Positions 11,691 through 21,529 of a stretch of DNA of 64,000 bases are shown here, in pieces. The stretch's first letter is position 1, and each line of letters starts with the position of its first letter. The stretch lies in assembly GCA_963730935.1 (NCBI GenBank), contig CAVSTP010000004.1, forward strand, positions 672,001 to 736,000, given 5' to 3'. The notes under the pieces were generated by a model. That model was not told the origin of the DNA. It saw only the letters and a list, made by a program, of their open reading frames with translations, and did not search any database. Source of the DNA: an uncultured Nitrospiraceae bacterium. GTDB lineage: Bacteria; Nitrospirota; Nitrospiria; Nitrospirales; Nitrospiraceae. A program made the translations under genes and the position numbers.

Positions 11691-11879
11691 GCAGGTTGTT
11701 CAAAAAGTCTTTTCTTTCTCACCCACCCAACCCCGGCGCCAGTAGGCGCCGCCCCCTGCAAGGCCACAGCGAGCCATTGTATGCAATCGGATAGGAATGT
11801 GAGAACGCAGCCTGGGAAAGATGCGTTCTCACGCATCCGGGCGGCGGGTGAGAAGAGTGGCTTTTTCAACAACCTGCTA
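11691..11879. mobile_element. MITE/REP-like palindromic element with terminal inverted repeats
   Basis: GCAGGTTGTTCAAAAAG and CTTTTTCAACAACCTGC (16/17 inverted match); nested internal inverted repeats; lies between convergent stop codons. Confidence 0.7.
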
Positions 11880-12155
11880 GGTGGGAATATCCCGGACGCC
11901 ATCGTAGGACGTCTTCGATTGATGAGTCAGCTTGACGACATCGCCGTCTTTGACCACTGAATCTTCGCTGCCCACCTTCTTGTTGACGGCGACCAGCACT
12001 TCCCGCTGAAGCATGAATGGCATGAGGGCGCCTAACTGATCAGGGTGCGCATCGATCATTTTCCTGACCGTCGTCGTCCCTGCGACCTCGAGCTCGATTT
12101 CATGCTCGCCGAGGACGTGACGTAATGTCAGGCCAAACACAAGTACTTTCACCAT
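11877..12155 (-). CDS. MoaD/ThiS (ubiquitin-like) family protein
   Basis: LVAVNKK...VKDGDVV beta-grasp pattern; lacks the C-terminal GG. Confidence 0.75.
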   Translation of the reverse strand: MVKVLVFGLTLRHVLGEHEIELEVAGTTTVRKMIDAHPDQLGALMPFMLQREVLVAVNKKVGSEDSVVKDGDVVKLTHQSKTSYDGVRDIPT

Positions 12156-12188
12156 AAGAAGCCTCGCCTCCAGGGTCGAGCCGCAGGC

Positions 12189-12428
12189 TCACGTTTGGCG
12201 CGCGTGACAGCGGAAGCAATCGGGCCGCTTGGGATGCCGCGCGGGCAACGGTCTCACAGCACCCGCGCTGTGGCAACTCACGCAGTCCTTTTCAGCCTTG
12301 ACCGCGTCGTGCTCGGCAGTCCTGGGCACCATCGGATTGCGGTCTTTCGGCGTGGGCAGCAACGACACCCCCACGACGACCGCGACGGCGAACAGGATAA
12401 ACAGCCAGTCAACCTTCCGCAATGTCAT
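12189..12428 (-). CDS. Small membrane-anchored diheme cytochrome c
   Basis: N-terminal TM helix; CVSCH and CFRCH heme-attachment motifs. Confidence 0.8.
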   Translation of the reverse strand: MTLRKVDWLFILFAVAVVVGVSLLPTPKDRNPMVPRTAEHDAVKAEKDCVSCHSAGAVRPLPARHPKRPDCFRCHARQT

Positions 12429-15256
12429 GGGACTGGCTCCCCGGCTTCCGGAGATCCGGCCTCATAACTGTCCTGTAAGACCTGCGCGATGTGCTTCACC
12501 TCGACGGCCGACGGCAAGCCGGTCTTGAGCTGAATCATGCAGGCCGGGCAGCTCGTGGCCACGAGATTCGCGCCGCTGTCCTCGACCGCCTGCCGCTTCC
12601 GCGCCACGATCCGCTGCGACGTGTCAAAATCCTTGACCAGATAGGTGCCCGCCCCGCCGGCGCACCGGTCCGCATCGGGCATCTCGACAAATTGGACGCC
12701 GGGCAGCATCTTCAAAATCGCGCGAGGCTCTTTCGTCACCCCGGCCGCCCGCAGATGGCAGGAGGAATGGTAAGTCACTTTGCCCCGCGCGGAAGCCGCA
12801 GGTGCCATGACCGGTCGCACGGGTGATTGCGCGACGAATTCCGAAATATGCTTCACCCGCTGCGCCAACGATTCGGCGGCAGAGTGTTCTGGCTCGCCGG
12901 CAAAGAGCGTCCGATAGTCCTTGAGCATCAATGTACAAGATGCACAGCCGGTCACGACGGCGTCATAGCCCGCGAACGATCGCAGGTTCTCCCTCGCCCC
13001 CTCCTTCGCCAAGTCTCGATGCCCGTAGGTTTCGATCGGCGTCCCCGAGCATCGCTGCGGGGGCAGGTCCGGCTCGACGCCGTGCTTGCGAAGGACGGCG
13101 ATGACCGCATCGCCGACGCCGTCCGCGAAATAATTGGCTGCGCACCCATGGAAGTACGCGACCTTGGAGCGCGGCGTCTGACCGGCGGACGTCACGAGAC
13201 GCGCATAGCGCTCGCGTAACTGCTGAGCGGCCAGTTTGGGAAGCGCGATTTTTGCCGATAGCCTGGCTCCTGGCGCCAGATATTTCAGGAGCGGACGGCT
13301 CGCCAGATCCAAGACACGCCGCATCAACGGCCGATCCCACAGAGGCTGGAACCTCGCCATCCATCGTAAGAAGGCGGCAAAGCGCTCGGTCTGGGCATGG
13401 AAGCGAAAAATGATCCCGGCAAGCGCATTCGGATGCTCAGCCCGCCGATCGAGGATCAACTGCGAGACGTCGACGCCGGCCGGGCAGGCCGTTCGGCAGG
13501 ATTTGCAGTTGAGGCAGGCTTCCACTACCCGTTTCGAATTCAAATAACTATAGTCCTTGTCCGTGACGATCTCGAACCAGCCGCGGGAGCTCATATCTTC
13601 CGAACGGAAGACATCGTAGACAGGGCACACGGCGTTGCACTTGGCGCAGGTCGCGCAGGATTTGGACAGCCTCGTGTAATCGATGTGCTCCGTGAACGGC
13701 CGGTCACTGATCTTCACGCCCGGGTTGAGCACGCCGGACGGATCAAAGCTGCGCTTCACCTTCACGAACAGCTCGTAGAGTTCAGGCCCGAACATGGCCG
13801 GCACATATTCGGCCCGTACGCGTCCGTCGCCGTGCTCTCCGCAGATCGAGCCGCCGAAGCGGTCGAGCACCGTGCGATGGATTTCATGGTAGCCCTGCAC
13901 CATCTTCCCGTAATCCCGCTCGTCGTTCACGTCGAGAAGCGGCACGATATGCGCGTTCCCGTTGCCGATATGACCGAAAATGGCGACCGGAACACGTTGA
14001 CCACCGAAAAATTCTTCGAGGTAGCGGATGAGCTCGCTGATGCGTGCCGCTGGGACCACAACATCGTCGACAAAATTGATCGGCTTCTTGCGCGGATCGA
14101 AGCGATACAACGTGGGATAGAGGGCCTTGCGGGCCTTCCACAGCTGCTCGCGCTGCTCCGGATCGTAGGCGGTGACCACCGCTGAGGCGAGCGGATAGCG
14201 ACGGCAGACGGCGGCCATACGTTCGGCCTGCTCGTGAAGATCGGTTGTCAGATCATCGGCATCGAGTTCGGCCAACAACGTGGCGGCCGAATCGGCCGGG
14301 ATTCCGTGCCGCGACCGGCCGATCAGATCGAGCGTATTGGCATCCATGACCTCCAACGCACTCGGACCCAGCTGGAGCAGCTGCGGCACCGCCTCGCCGA
14401 CATCCTCGAGGCGCTTGAAATGAATCAAGGCGGTCAGCGTCGCGCGAGGTTTGTCGACCAGACGGATCGTCGCCTCGCTGAACACGCCGAGCGTCCCTTC
14501 GCTCCCGATGAAGAGCTTCGGCAGATCTATGCGTCCGCGTGACAGCCCCTCCGCCAGGCCAAAGAGGTTGTACCCGCAGCTGTTCTTACTCACCCGCGGT
14601 CGCTTTTGCTCGAGCAGTTCCGTGTGCGACCGCACGAGGGAGTACGTCTCTTGAATCGGCGGGTGCGAGGACAATAGGCCCGCGGCAGCGGGATCGTCTA
14701 CGACGTAGGAGCGTGCGTCCAACCAGGCGCCGGAGGCAAGGCACACCCGAAGGCGCTCGACGTTGTCCTTGACCGCTCCATACCGCAAGGTATGCGGACC
14801 GGCCGAATTGTTCGCCAGCATTCCTCCCAATTTGCACATGTCCCCGCTGGACGGATCGGGCCCGAACATCAGGCCCTGCCGGGCCAGCTGTTTATTCAGC
14901 TCGGCCAGGACGATTCCCGGTTGCACCCGTGCCCACCGTTCCTCGCGGTTGGTCTCAAGTATTCGATGGAGGCGCGAGACGTCGAGGATGATGCCCGAAC
15001 CGATAGCGGAACCGGTCAAATTGGTCCCCGCGGCGCGGGCCGTCACCGGAATGCCGCGCGCCACGGCGTAGCGCAACAGCCGATGGATGTCATCCTCGGA
15101 TTCCACCAAGGCGACGGCCTGGGGCTCCATCCGGTACATACTGGCGTCGACCGCATACGCGGTTTTGGTAGGATGATCGTCTTTGATCTGGTCTTCCCGG
15201 AACAGCTTGCGGAGATCCGAGCCGACGGCGCGGGACGTATCGGGCATGACAAGCAT
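12425..15256 (-). CDS. FAD-binding/Fe-S oxidoreductase (GlcD-GlcF fusion type; D-lactate/glycolate dehydrogenase-like)
   Basis: GGMLANNSAG, GSEGTLG, GEHGDG; two CxxCxxCxxxCP motifs; two CCG-like domains. Confidence 0.9.
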   Translation of the reverse strand: MLVMPDTSRAVGSDLRKLFREDQIKDDHPTKTAYAVDASMYRMEPQAVALVESEDDIHRLLRYAVARGIPVTARAAGTNLTGSAIGSGIILDVSRLHRILETNREERWARVQPGIVLAELNKQLARQGLMFGPDPSSGDMCKLGGMLANNSAGPHTLRYGAVKDNVERLRVCLASGAWLDARSYVVDDPAAAGLLSSHPPIQETYSLVRSHTELLEQKRPRVSKNSCGYNLFGLAEGLSRGRIDLPKLFIGSEGTLGVFSEATIRLVDKPRATLTALIHFKRLEDVGEAVPQLLQLGPSALEVMDANTLDLIGRSRHGIPADSAATLLAELDADDLTTDLHEQAERMAAVCRRYPLASAVVTAYDPEQREQLWKARKALYPTLYRFDPRKKPINFVDDVVVPAARISELIRYLEEFFGGQRVPVAIFGHIGNGNAHIVPLLDVNDERDYGKMVQGYHEIHRTVLDRFGGSICGEHGDGRVRAEYVPAMFGPELYELFVKVKRSFDPSGVLNPGVKISDRPFTEHIDYTRLSKSCATCAKCNAVCPVYDVFRSEDMSSRGWFEIVTDKDYSYLNSKRVVEACLNCKSCRTACPAGVDVSQLILDRRAEHPNALAGIIFRFHAQTERFAAFLRWMARFQPLWDRPLMRRVLDLASRPLLKYLAPGARLSAKIALPKLAAQQLRERYARLVTSAGQTPRSKVAYFHGCAANYFADGVGDAVIAVLRKHGVEPDLPPQRCSGTPIETYGHRDLAKEGARENLRSFAGYDAVVTGCASCTLMLKDYRTLFAGEPEHSAAESLAQRVKHISEFVAQSPVRPVMAPAASARGKVTYHSSCHLRAAGVTKEPRAILKMLPGVQFVEMPDADRCAGGAGTYLVKDFDTSQRIVARKRQAVEDSGANLVATSCPACMIQLKTGLPSAVEVKHIAQVLQDSYEAGSPEAGEPVP

Positions 15257-15368
15257 GGCGCGGCATTCTAACAGGGGAAAGAAAAGATCCGCCACCTCAG
15301 AAGCGCTGATGCGGTGCCTAACGGGTTTTCGGTTTGTGACCGCTCGCGCGAGTCGCTAAGATACGCTC

Positions 15369-16334
15369 ATGGGCTCCGCCAAACCGCCGTTGTATGTGTC
15401 GCGCGTCCTGCCCGATCCCGTCATGGCAGCCATTCGAGAGCGATTCACACTCGTTCGGGAGCCGCTCGATGTCTCCCCTGCACCGTCGGCGTTGCGATCG
15501 GGGCTGTCGGAATCGGCCGCCGCGATTGTCACGCTGACGGACCGCCTCGACGCCGACGTCCTGGCCGCCGCCCCACGTCTCAAAATTGTGGCCAACTATG
15601 CCGTCGGCTACAACAACATCGATGTCAGCGCCGCACGACAACGGGGGATTGTCGTCACCAATACGCCGGATGTGCTCACGGATGCCACGGCGGATCTCAC
15701 GTGGGCGCTGATCCTAGCGACTGCCCGCCGCGTGATTGAAGGCGACCGTCTCGTGCGCAGCGGTCTGTGGACCGGATGGACGCCCACCCAACTGCTGGGC
15801 ACGGCGGTAGCCGGCCGGACGTTGGGTATCATCGGCATGGGTCGCATCGGTCAGGCCGTGGCACAGCGCGCAGCCGGATTTCGTATGAAGGTGTGCTATT
15901 CCTCACGCCGGCGCATCGACAGTCCGTCGCACGCCGTGGCAGGGGAGTTCCTGCCCCTGCAGGCACTGCTGTCATGCTCGGACATCGTCACCATTCACGC
16001 ACCCCTCACGCAGGAAACCCGACACTTGATCGACGCTCAGGGGCTGGCGAAGATGCGCCGCACGGCAATTCTGATCAACACCGCGAGAGGGCCGATTGTC
16101 GATGAGTCGGCGCTCGTCGTCGCCCTCACAAGCGGTGCGATTTCTGGAGCCGGGTTAGACGTGTTCGAGGAAGAGCCGCGGCTTGATCCTCGGCTGGCGA
16201 CGATGCCGCAGGTCGTGCTGCTGCCGCACCTCGGATCGGCGACAATGGAAGCGCGCGTCGAAATGGGAATGACGTGCGTGAAGAATATCGAAGCGGTGTT
16301 ATCCGGGCAATCGGCCCCCAATCGAGTGGGTTAG
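15369..16334 (+). CDS. D-2-hydroxyacid dehydrogenase (glyoxylate reductase/D-glycerate dehydrogenase)
   Basis: VGYNNID, GMGRIG, NTARG, LDVFEEEP, PHLGSAT motifs. Confidence 0.92.
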   Translation: MGSAKPPLYVSRVLPDPVMAAIRERFTLVREPLDVSPAPSALRSGLSESAAAIVTLTDRLDADVLAAAPRLKIVANYAVGYNNIDVSAARQRGIVVTNTPDVLTDATADLTWALILATARRVIEGDRLVRSGLWTGWTPTQLLGTAVAGRTLGIIGMGRIGQAVAQRAAGFRMKVCYSSRRRIDSPSHAVAGEFLPLQALLSCSDIVTIHAPLTQETRHLIDAQGLAKMRRTAILINTARGPIVDESALVVALTSGAISGAGLDVFEEEPRLDPRLATMPQVVLLPHLGSATMEARVEMGMTCVKNIEAVLSGQSAPNRVG

Positions 16335-16389
16335 CGGCGCGCGACGTCATGCCTGCCCCGGCACGGGGACAGCAGACCTTGCAATGCAG

Positions 16390-18567
16390 CTAGGTGGCGT
16401 AGCGAAACGCTTTTGCAGCAGCGGCCGGTTTGGGGGCTGTACGAATGGACGCGAGGCGCTGGGGGACATCGTGGAATGTGGGGATGGCTTCGAACATCGT
16501 CGTCGCGAGCTGCCAATTTTCCTGCTTCTCATAGAGCAATCCCAGCTCATAGCGAATGGCCTGAGCCTTGGCGCCCTGACACCGCGGGTCGCTGAGCAGC
16601 CGTTCAAGCTGTGCGCTGGCTGAGTCGTATTGTTCCTGTTCTTTGAGGCAGACGGCCGTCATGAGGCAGGCATCGAGAAACACCTCGGCCCCTTTCATCG
16701 CGAGGCCAAATTCCTCCTTGGCCTCGTTGACCAGCCCCATGTTCTTGTACGCCACACCAAGGGTGTAGTGCGTCTCCGCATCGATGTCGTCGACCGGTTC
16801 CTCAGGCGCAGCGGGCGCAAATAGGACCGACAACTTTGAGACGATCGCGCTGGCCGGCGCCAGCTCTTTGACCTTGTCGTACAGATGACGGATTGGTTCG
16901 GCATCGGCAACCGCCTGGCCGGCCGTCCGCAGTTCAAGGGCTCGTCCATATTGAAGGGCTGCGCCCGCGCCATCGCCTTTCCGTTCGAGGACCTGGCCCA
17001 GAAATTCTCTGGCCTCCGCATCGTCAGGTTGAGAGGCGACCATCGTCCCGAGCCACTCTTCGGCTTGAGCCCACTGCCCGGCCTCGACATAGCCGCGGAA
17101 CTGTTCCGGCGTCGTAAGGACCGGCGCTTCCTCAGCCTTTTCAGGAGGCGTTGACCGCGAGCGGGGCATGTCATCCGGACCAGCATTGTCGACCGAGAAT
17201 GGCTGGGCCTGCGAAGATGACGCTGGTTGATGGTTGTCCGTCGGGCCGTCTAAATGCCTATCTTGTAGATGCCGATCGTGTCCCGGCTTAATGGCCGTTG
17301 TCGTGGCCCAGGCATCGTCAGGCGCCGCGCCGTCGATGGAAAATCCTCCGATCGTCGTCGCAGGAGCGACCCCCGCCGGAGCGTCAACCGGCGCATCCCC
17401 TCGCATCAACGCCTCGAGCCGCTTGACCATAGGGCTTTCGGGCGCGAGCGACTGCACTTTCTCAAAGATTTCTTCGTGCAAGGTCGGCATCCCAGGCTCG
17501 GGATTCTTGAGAAGCGCTTCGATGGCCTTGCCGTAGTGCTGCACAGCCGTCTCGATGTCGCCTTTTTCTTCGTAGAGCTCGCCCTGCAACTCCAGCAGCG
17601 GGACCGAGTTGGGCTCGACCGCAAGAAACTCGGCGATGAGCGTTTCGGCCTGCGGATAGTCCTGCGCGCGCAATGCCGCTCCCGCCAGAAACCGATATTC
17701 GCCAAGGGCGATCTGCAACTGCCCCTGCTGGAGATGCAACCGCGCGAGCAGTTGGCAGACTCGGGGATTGCCCGGCTCTTTGGTGAGCATTTGGTTCAGG
17801 ATGGCTTCGGCGCCCGCGTACTGTTTTTCTTCAATGCGCCTGCTCGCTTCAGCCAGCAGATCGGGCGGCTCTCCCGCATTCGTTACAGCCGCTGCTCCGG
17901 CTTTGGCCGAACGGACCGGCGTGCCACCGGTCTTCTTATAGTGCTCGATGTACTGTTGCGCCTCGCTGTTCGCGGGATCGATGCGCAGCACCGATTCGTA
18001 GGCTTCCTTCGCCTCGGCGTACCGTTGCTGTCCCGACCGCTCGCGCCCGAGTTGCAGATAGACCCTCGTGGCCTCGTCTTGCATGTTTTCCTGCAAGCAG
18101 AGTTCTGCCACGCGTTGCTGCGCATCGAGATTGGAGGGGTCCTGGCTGACAATCTTCTTATAGATGTCGAGGGCTTCTTTGGTCTTGCGTTCCTTGAGGT
18201 AGTGTTTCCCGAGGGTCAGATAATCCTGGACGGCGCTGCTCAACAGGCCCCGCTCGGCGTTCAGATCGCCCAGGAACCGGTACATATCGTAGCGGGACGG
18301 ATCGAGCTTCAGGACTTTCTTGTAGGTGGCGATCGCCTTGAGCGTGGCGCCCTCGGCCCGGAAGGCATTTGCGGCCTGAATGAACGAGGCCACCGCATCG
18401 GCTGTCGCGTTGCGCTTGAGATGCAGTTCGCCAATGGAATTGTGAATGCCCCCGTCGCCCGGCGCTTCGGCCGAGAGCTTCTTCCATTCGCTAATGGCGG
18501 CGTCGAACTGACCCTTTGAGGCGAAAAGCTGTGCGCTATGCAGAACCTTGCTGCGGTCGAAGCCCAA
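16390..18567 (-). CDS. Multi-TPR protein, SgmX-like
   Basis: Many TPRs, an acidic/Pro linker and C-terminal DAETHYTLGVAYKNMGL TPRs; TTG start after GGAGG. Confidence 0.8.
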   Translation of the reverse strand: MGFDRSKVLHSAQLFASKGQFDAAISEWKKLSAEAPGDGGIHNSIGELHLKRNATADAVASFIQAANAFRAEGATLKAIATYKKVLKLDPSRYDMYRFLGDLNAERGLLSSAVQDYLTLGKHYLKERKTKEALDIYKKIVSQDPSNLDAQQRVAELCLQENMQDEATRVYLQLGRERSGQQRYAEAKEAYESVLRIDPANSEAQQYIEHYKKTGGTPVRSAKAGAAAVTNAGEPPDLLAEASRRIEEKQYAGAEAILNQMLTKEPGNPRVCQLLARLHLQQGQLQIALGEYRFLAGAALRAQDYPQAETLIAEFLAVEPNSVPLLELQGELYEEKGDIETAVQHYGKAIEALLKNPEPGMPTLHEEIFEKVQSLAPESPMVKRLEALMRGDAPVDAPAGVAPATTIGGFSIDGAAPDDAWATTTAIKPGHDRHLQDRHLDGPTDNHQPASSSQAQPFSVDNAGPDDMPRSRSTPPEKAEEAPVLTTPEQFRGYVEAGQWAQAEEWLGTMVASQPDDAEAREFLGQVLERKGDGAGAALQYGRALELRTAGQAVADAEPIRHLYDKVKELAPASAIVSKLSVLFAPAAPEEPVDDIDAETHYTLGVAYKNMGLVNEAKEEFGLAMKGAEVFLDACLMTAVCLKEQEQYDSASAQLERLLSDPRCQGAKAQAIRYELGLLYEKQENWQLATTMFEAIPTFHDVPQRLASIRTAPKPAAAAKAFRYAT

Positions 18568-18661
18568 GTGGAACCTCCAATAGTCAACAAACGCTAACAG
18601 TATCAATGGTTTTTGTCAAAGAAAATGCCTCAATGATTACGCCGATCCTCCCCGACCTTGA

Positions 18662-18707
18662 GCAAAAACACGAAGGCCTGACGGAAGAATACTTCCGACA
18701 GGCCTTC
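18662..18707 (-). terminator. Intrinsic terminator of the cold-shock gene
   Basis: GAAGGCCTGTCGGAAG-TATT-CTTCCGTCAGGCCTTC followed by GTGTTTTT on the minus strand. Confidence 0.8.
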
Positions 18708-18736
18708 ACTCCAACGCTGACGTTTTTGGACCGCGG

Positions 18737-18955
18737 TTAGGAGGCCGCGATCGACATCTTCATGACATTGGCCGCCTGAGGTCCTTTGGCACCCTGAACG
18801 ATATCAAATTCGACGTTTTCACCTTCCTTCAATGATTTGAACCCTTCCCCTTGGAGCGCGGAGTAATGCACGAACACATCCTCTCCGCTGTCCAAACGGA
18901 TGAATCCAAACCCCTTACGATCGTTGAACCACTTCACCGTACCTTTTGTCTTCAC
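18737..18955 (-). CDS. csp: Cold-shock protein
   Basis: KWFN..KGFGFI (RNP1) and VFVH (RNP2); GTG start after AAGGAGG. Confidence 0.95.
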   Translation of the reverse strand: MKTKGTVKWFNDRKGFGFIRLDSGEDVFVHYSALQGEGFKSLKEGENVEFDIVQGAKGPQAANVMKMSIAAS

Positions 18956-19263
18956 AAAAACCCTCCTTTCCTCAACGGCCACGCGTACGTGCGTGACCGG
19001 GCCCGAACCCAGTTAAAGCACACCGGATGAATCACGAATGAGAAATGAGATATGAGAACCGGGAACGGATGGGCGGGTTCTGTGCAGAAGAGAAGACGTG
19101 CTCACGAGACCCATCTTGGTTACAAATCGCGCGCGCAGCATGTACCATACGGATTTTAATGTTGTCAAGCAGTTCTTTCTCCTGAAGGACGATTGGCCTC
19201 CGGTGGACAAGCCCCGGGCAGTCCCCTATAGTGGGCCAACGCCTTCCGAGAGGATCGTCTTCA

Positions 19264-20349
19264 ATGATGCTGCGCAAGCTGCTGGACCGGTATATCTTCA
19301 CGGAATTGCTCTCACCATTCAGTCTGAGTCTCGGCACCCTGTGCTTCATCATGTTGACCCGTGAATTGCTTCGACTGGTCGAACTCCTCGTCTCCAAAGG
19401 GGTCGGGCTATGGGCGGTCCTTAAGGTATTTGCCCACCTCCTCCCGTCGTTCCTGGTCTTGACCCTTCCCATTGCCGGCATCATTGCGTCGATCACGGCA
19501 TTTGGCCGGCTGTCGCTGGACAAGGAACTCGTGGCGATGCGGGCGGCCGGCTTGAGCCTCCTGCGGCTGGCCCGTCCGGTCATGCTCTTCGCCCTCCTGG
19601 TCTTCGGGCTGACGACATGGCTGGCTCAATGGGGTCAGCCCTGGAGTTCGATCAATCTCAAGAAGGTGGCGCTCAATCTCCTCCGTGATCAGCTCGTGCT
19701 GGCTCTGGAGCGGGGATCCTTCGCGGAACCGATCCCGAAAATGACGATTTACGTCTCGGAGAAGGGCGATGAGACCTCGGGCGGCATCTTCATCTCGGAT
19801 GAGCGCAATGCCGAGGACCCCCGTATCATTGTCGCGCACGGCTACCATGTGCTGATCGACAGCTCGACGGACCAGGTCGCCTTACGGCTGCGTGACGGCG
19901 TGATCCATAGCCGCCCGGACGAGCTCGATCAATACCAGCTGGCATCCTTTTCGAGTTACGACCTGAAATTGTCCCTCGCGCAGAGCGGCTACGCCGCGAC
20001 CGAGGAACGGCCCTCGTATCAGCAACTTATCGACCGGTTGAACCAGTCCCCCCGCGACCCCTGGGCCTTACGGCGGCTGACCGAATATTACAAGGACATG
20101 GCCTTTCCCACCGCATCGCTGATCCTGTGCATGCTGGGCGTCCCAGTCGGGATCGTCTCGAAGCGCTCGGGGCGAATCGGCGGATTTGCTGTCGGTGTGT
20201 TCGTCATCGTCGCCTATTACGTGATGAATATGGCGTGCGAGTTTCTCGTGACCGCCGCCGTGATTCCGCCCTTCGCCGGCGCCTGGCTGCCGAATAGCGT
20301 CTTTCTGATCATCACGCTGCTGTGGTTCTCCCGCATGAGCAGACAGTAA
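19264..20349 (+). CDS. lptF: LPS export ABC permease LptF
   Basis: GRLS.D.ELVAMRAAG motif; 3+3 TM helices flanking a periplasmic domain. Confidence 0.88.
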   Translation: MMLRKLLDRYIFTELLSPFSLSLGTLCFIMLTRELLRLVELLVSKGVGLWAVLKVFAHLLPSFLVLTLPIAGIIASITAFGRLSLDKELVAMRAAGLSLLRLARPVMLFALLVFGLTTWLAQWGQPWSSINLKKVALNLLRDQLVLALERGSFAEPIPKMTIYVSEKGDETSGGIFISDERNAEDPRIIVAHGYHVLIDSSTDQVALRLRDGVIHSRPDELDQYQLASFSSYDLKLSLAQSGYAATEERPSYQQLIDRLNQSPRDPWALRRLTEYYKDMAFPTASLILCMLGVPVGIVSKRSGRIGGFAVGVFVIVAYYVMNMACEFLVTAAVIPPFAGAWLPNSVFLIITLLWFSRMSRQ

Positions 20350-20354
20350 CGGCC

Positions 20355-21446
20355 ATGCCGATCCTCTTCCGCTACCTACTCAAGGAATACGCCAGGATCT
20401 TCCTCATGTGTTTCGCCGGTCTCATGACGGTCTATCTCGTCATCGATTTTTTTGAAAAGGTCCGCCGTTTTCTGAGCTACGACGCCCGATGGGTGGATGT
20501 GCTGAGCTACTTTGCGCTGAAGGTTCCTGCCATTTCGTTCCAGATCATTCCGCTCGCCGTCCTCATGGCCACGTTGCTTACGCTTGGGCTGTTGTCGCGC
20601 AACAACGAGATTACCGCGTTGCGGAGCTGCGGCATCAGCCTGCCCTGGATCGCCTCGCCCTTCCTGACCTTCGCCGCCATGATGACCCTGGTGCTGTTGC
20701 TGTTCAGTTCCACCATCATTCCGTTGGCCACGAGTAAAGCGGAAGAAATTCGCGTAATCTTCATTGAAAAAAAACCTCCGTCCGCGGTGGTCAAACTGCC
20801 GCTCCCCTGGACACGAGTCGACGCCGATACTCTGCTCCATGTCGCCAGCGTCACCCTTGGCGGCGACACGTTGGCCGGTGTGCAACTCTTCCATTTCGAT
20901 CAGGCCTTTCGCCTGATCGACATGACGGAAGCCCAGGAAGCGCATTATGCCAACCGGACCTGGACCTTGCAGCGGGGATTTCACCGCCGGTTCAATCGTG
21001 ACGGTACCGTGACGGCCACTGAATTCGATTCCAAACCGATCACCCTGGCCCTGATCCCAAACGATTTCACCGGTGGACTCGGCGGAGAACCGGAACTGAT
21101 GACATTTCGCGACATCCAAGATTCCCGGGAACGGCTGTATCAACACGGCTCGCAATTCGCGCGGCTGCTGACTGATTATTACGGACGCATCGCCTTTCCC
21201 CTCGTCACGATCATCATGGTGCTCGTCGGCATCGCACTGAGCCTTCGTCGAAGCGGCATCAGGGGCGGCAGCATGGCCATCGGCATCGGCCAGGCGTTGC
21301 TTGTGGGGTTCTTATACTGGGCCGCTCACTCCATCGCGATCGCCTTCGGACGCGGCGGCGCGTTGCCGCCCGTCGTCGCCGGCTGGCTCACGAACGTGCT
21401 GTTCACGAGCTACGGTCTCTATTTGATGCTGAAGTTGAAATACTGA
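20355..21446 (+). CDS. lptG: LPS export ABC permease LptG
   Basis: LSRNNEITALRSCGIS motif; tandem with lptF. Confidence 0.88.
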   Translation: MPILFRYLLKEYARIFLMCFAGLMTVYLVIDFFEKVRRFLSYDARWVDVLSYFALKVPAISFQIIPLAVLMATLLTLGLLSRNNEITALRSCGISLPWIASPFLTFAAMMTLVLLLFSSTIIPLATSKAEEIRVIFIEKKPPSAVVKLPLPWTRVDADTLLHVASVTLGGDTLAGVQLFHFDQAFRLIDMTEAQEAHYANRTWTLQRGFHRRFNRDGTVTATEFDSKPITLALIPNDFTGGLGGEPELMTFRDIQDSRERLYQHGSQFARLLTDYYGRIAFPLVTIIMVLVGIALSLRRSGIRGGSMAIGIGQALLVGFLYWAAHSIAIAFGRGGALPPVVAGWLTNVLFTSYGLYLMLKLKY

Positions 21447-21529
21447 CGCTGCCCGTGACCGCTGATGCGGTTGACGGAGCCTGACTGCTTCCGGTAAGAA
21501 GACAGCAGGAACGCAAGAGGAATTGACGC

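Noticed and set aside
17269..18519. Long antisense or alternative-frame ORFs (also 8405-9508, 28528-29730, 3084-3953, 45291-46307)
   Set aside because: Shadows of real genes in GC-rich DNA; no recognisable motifs
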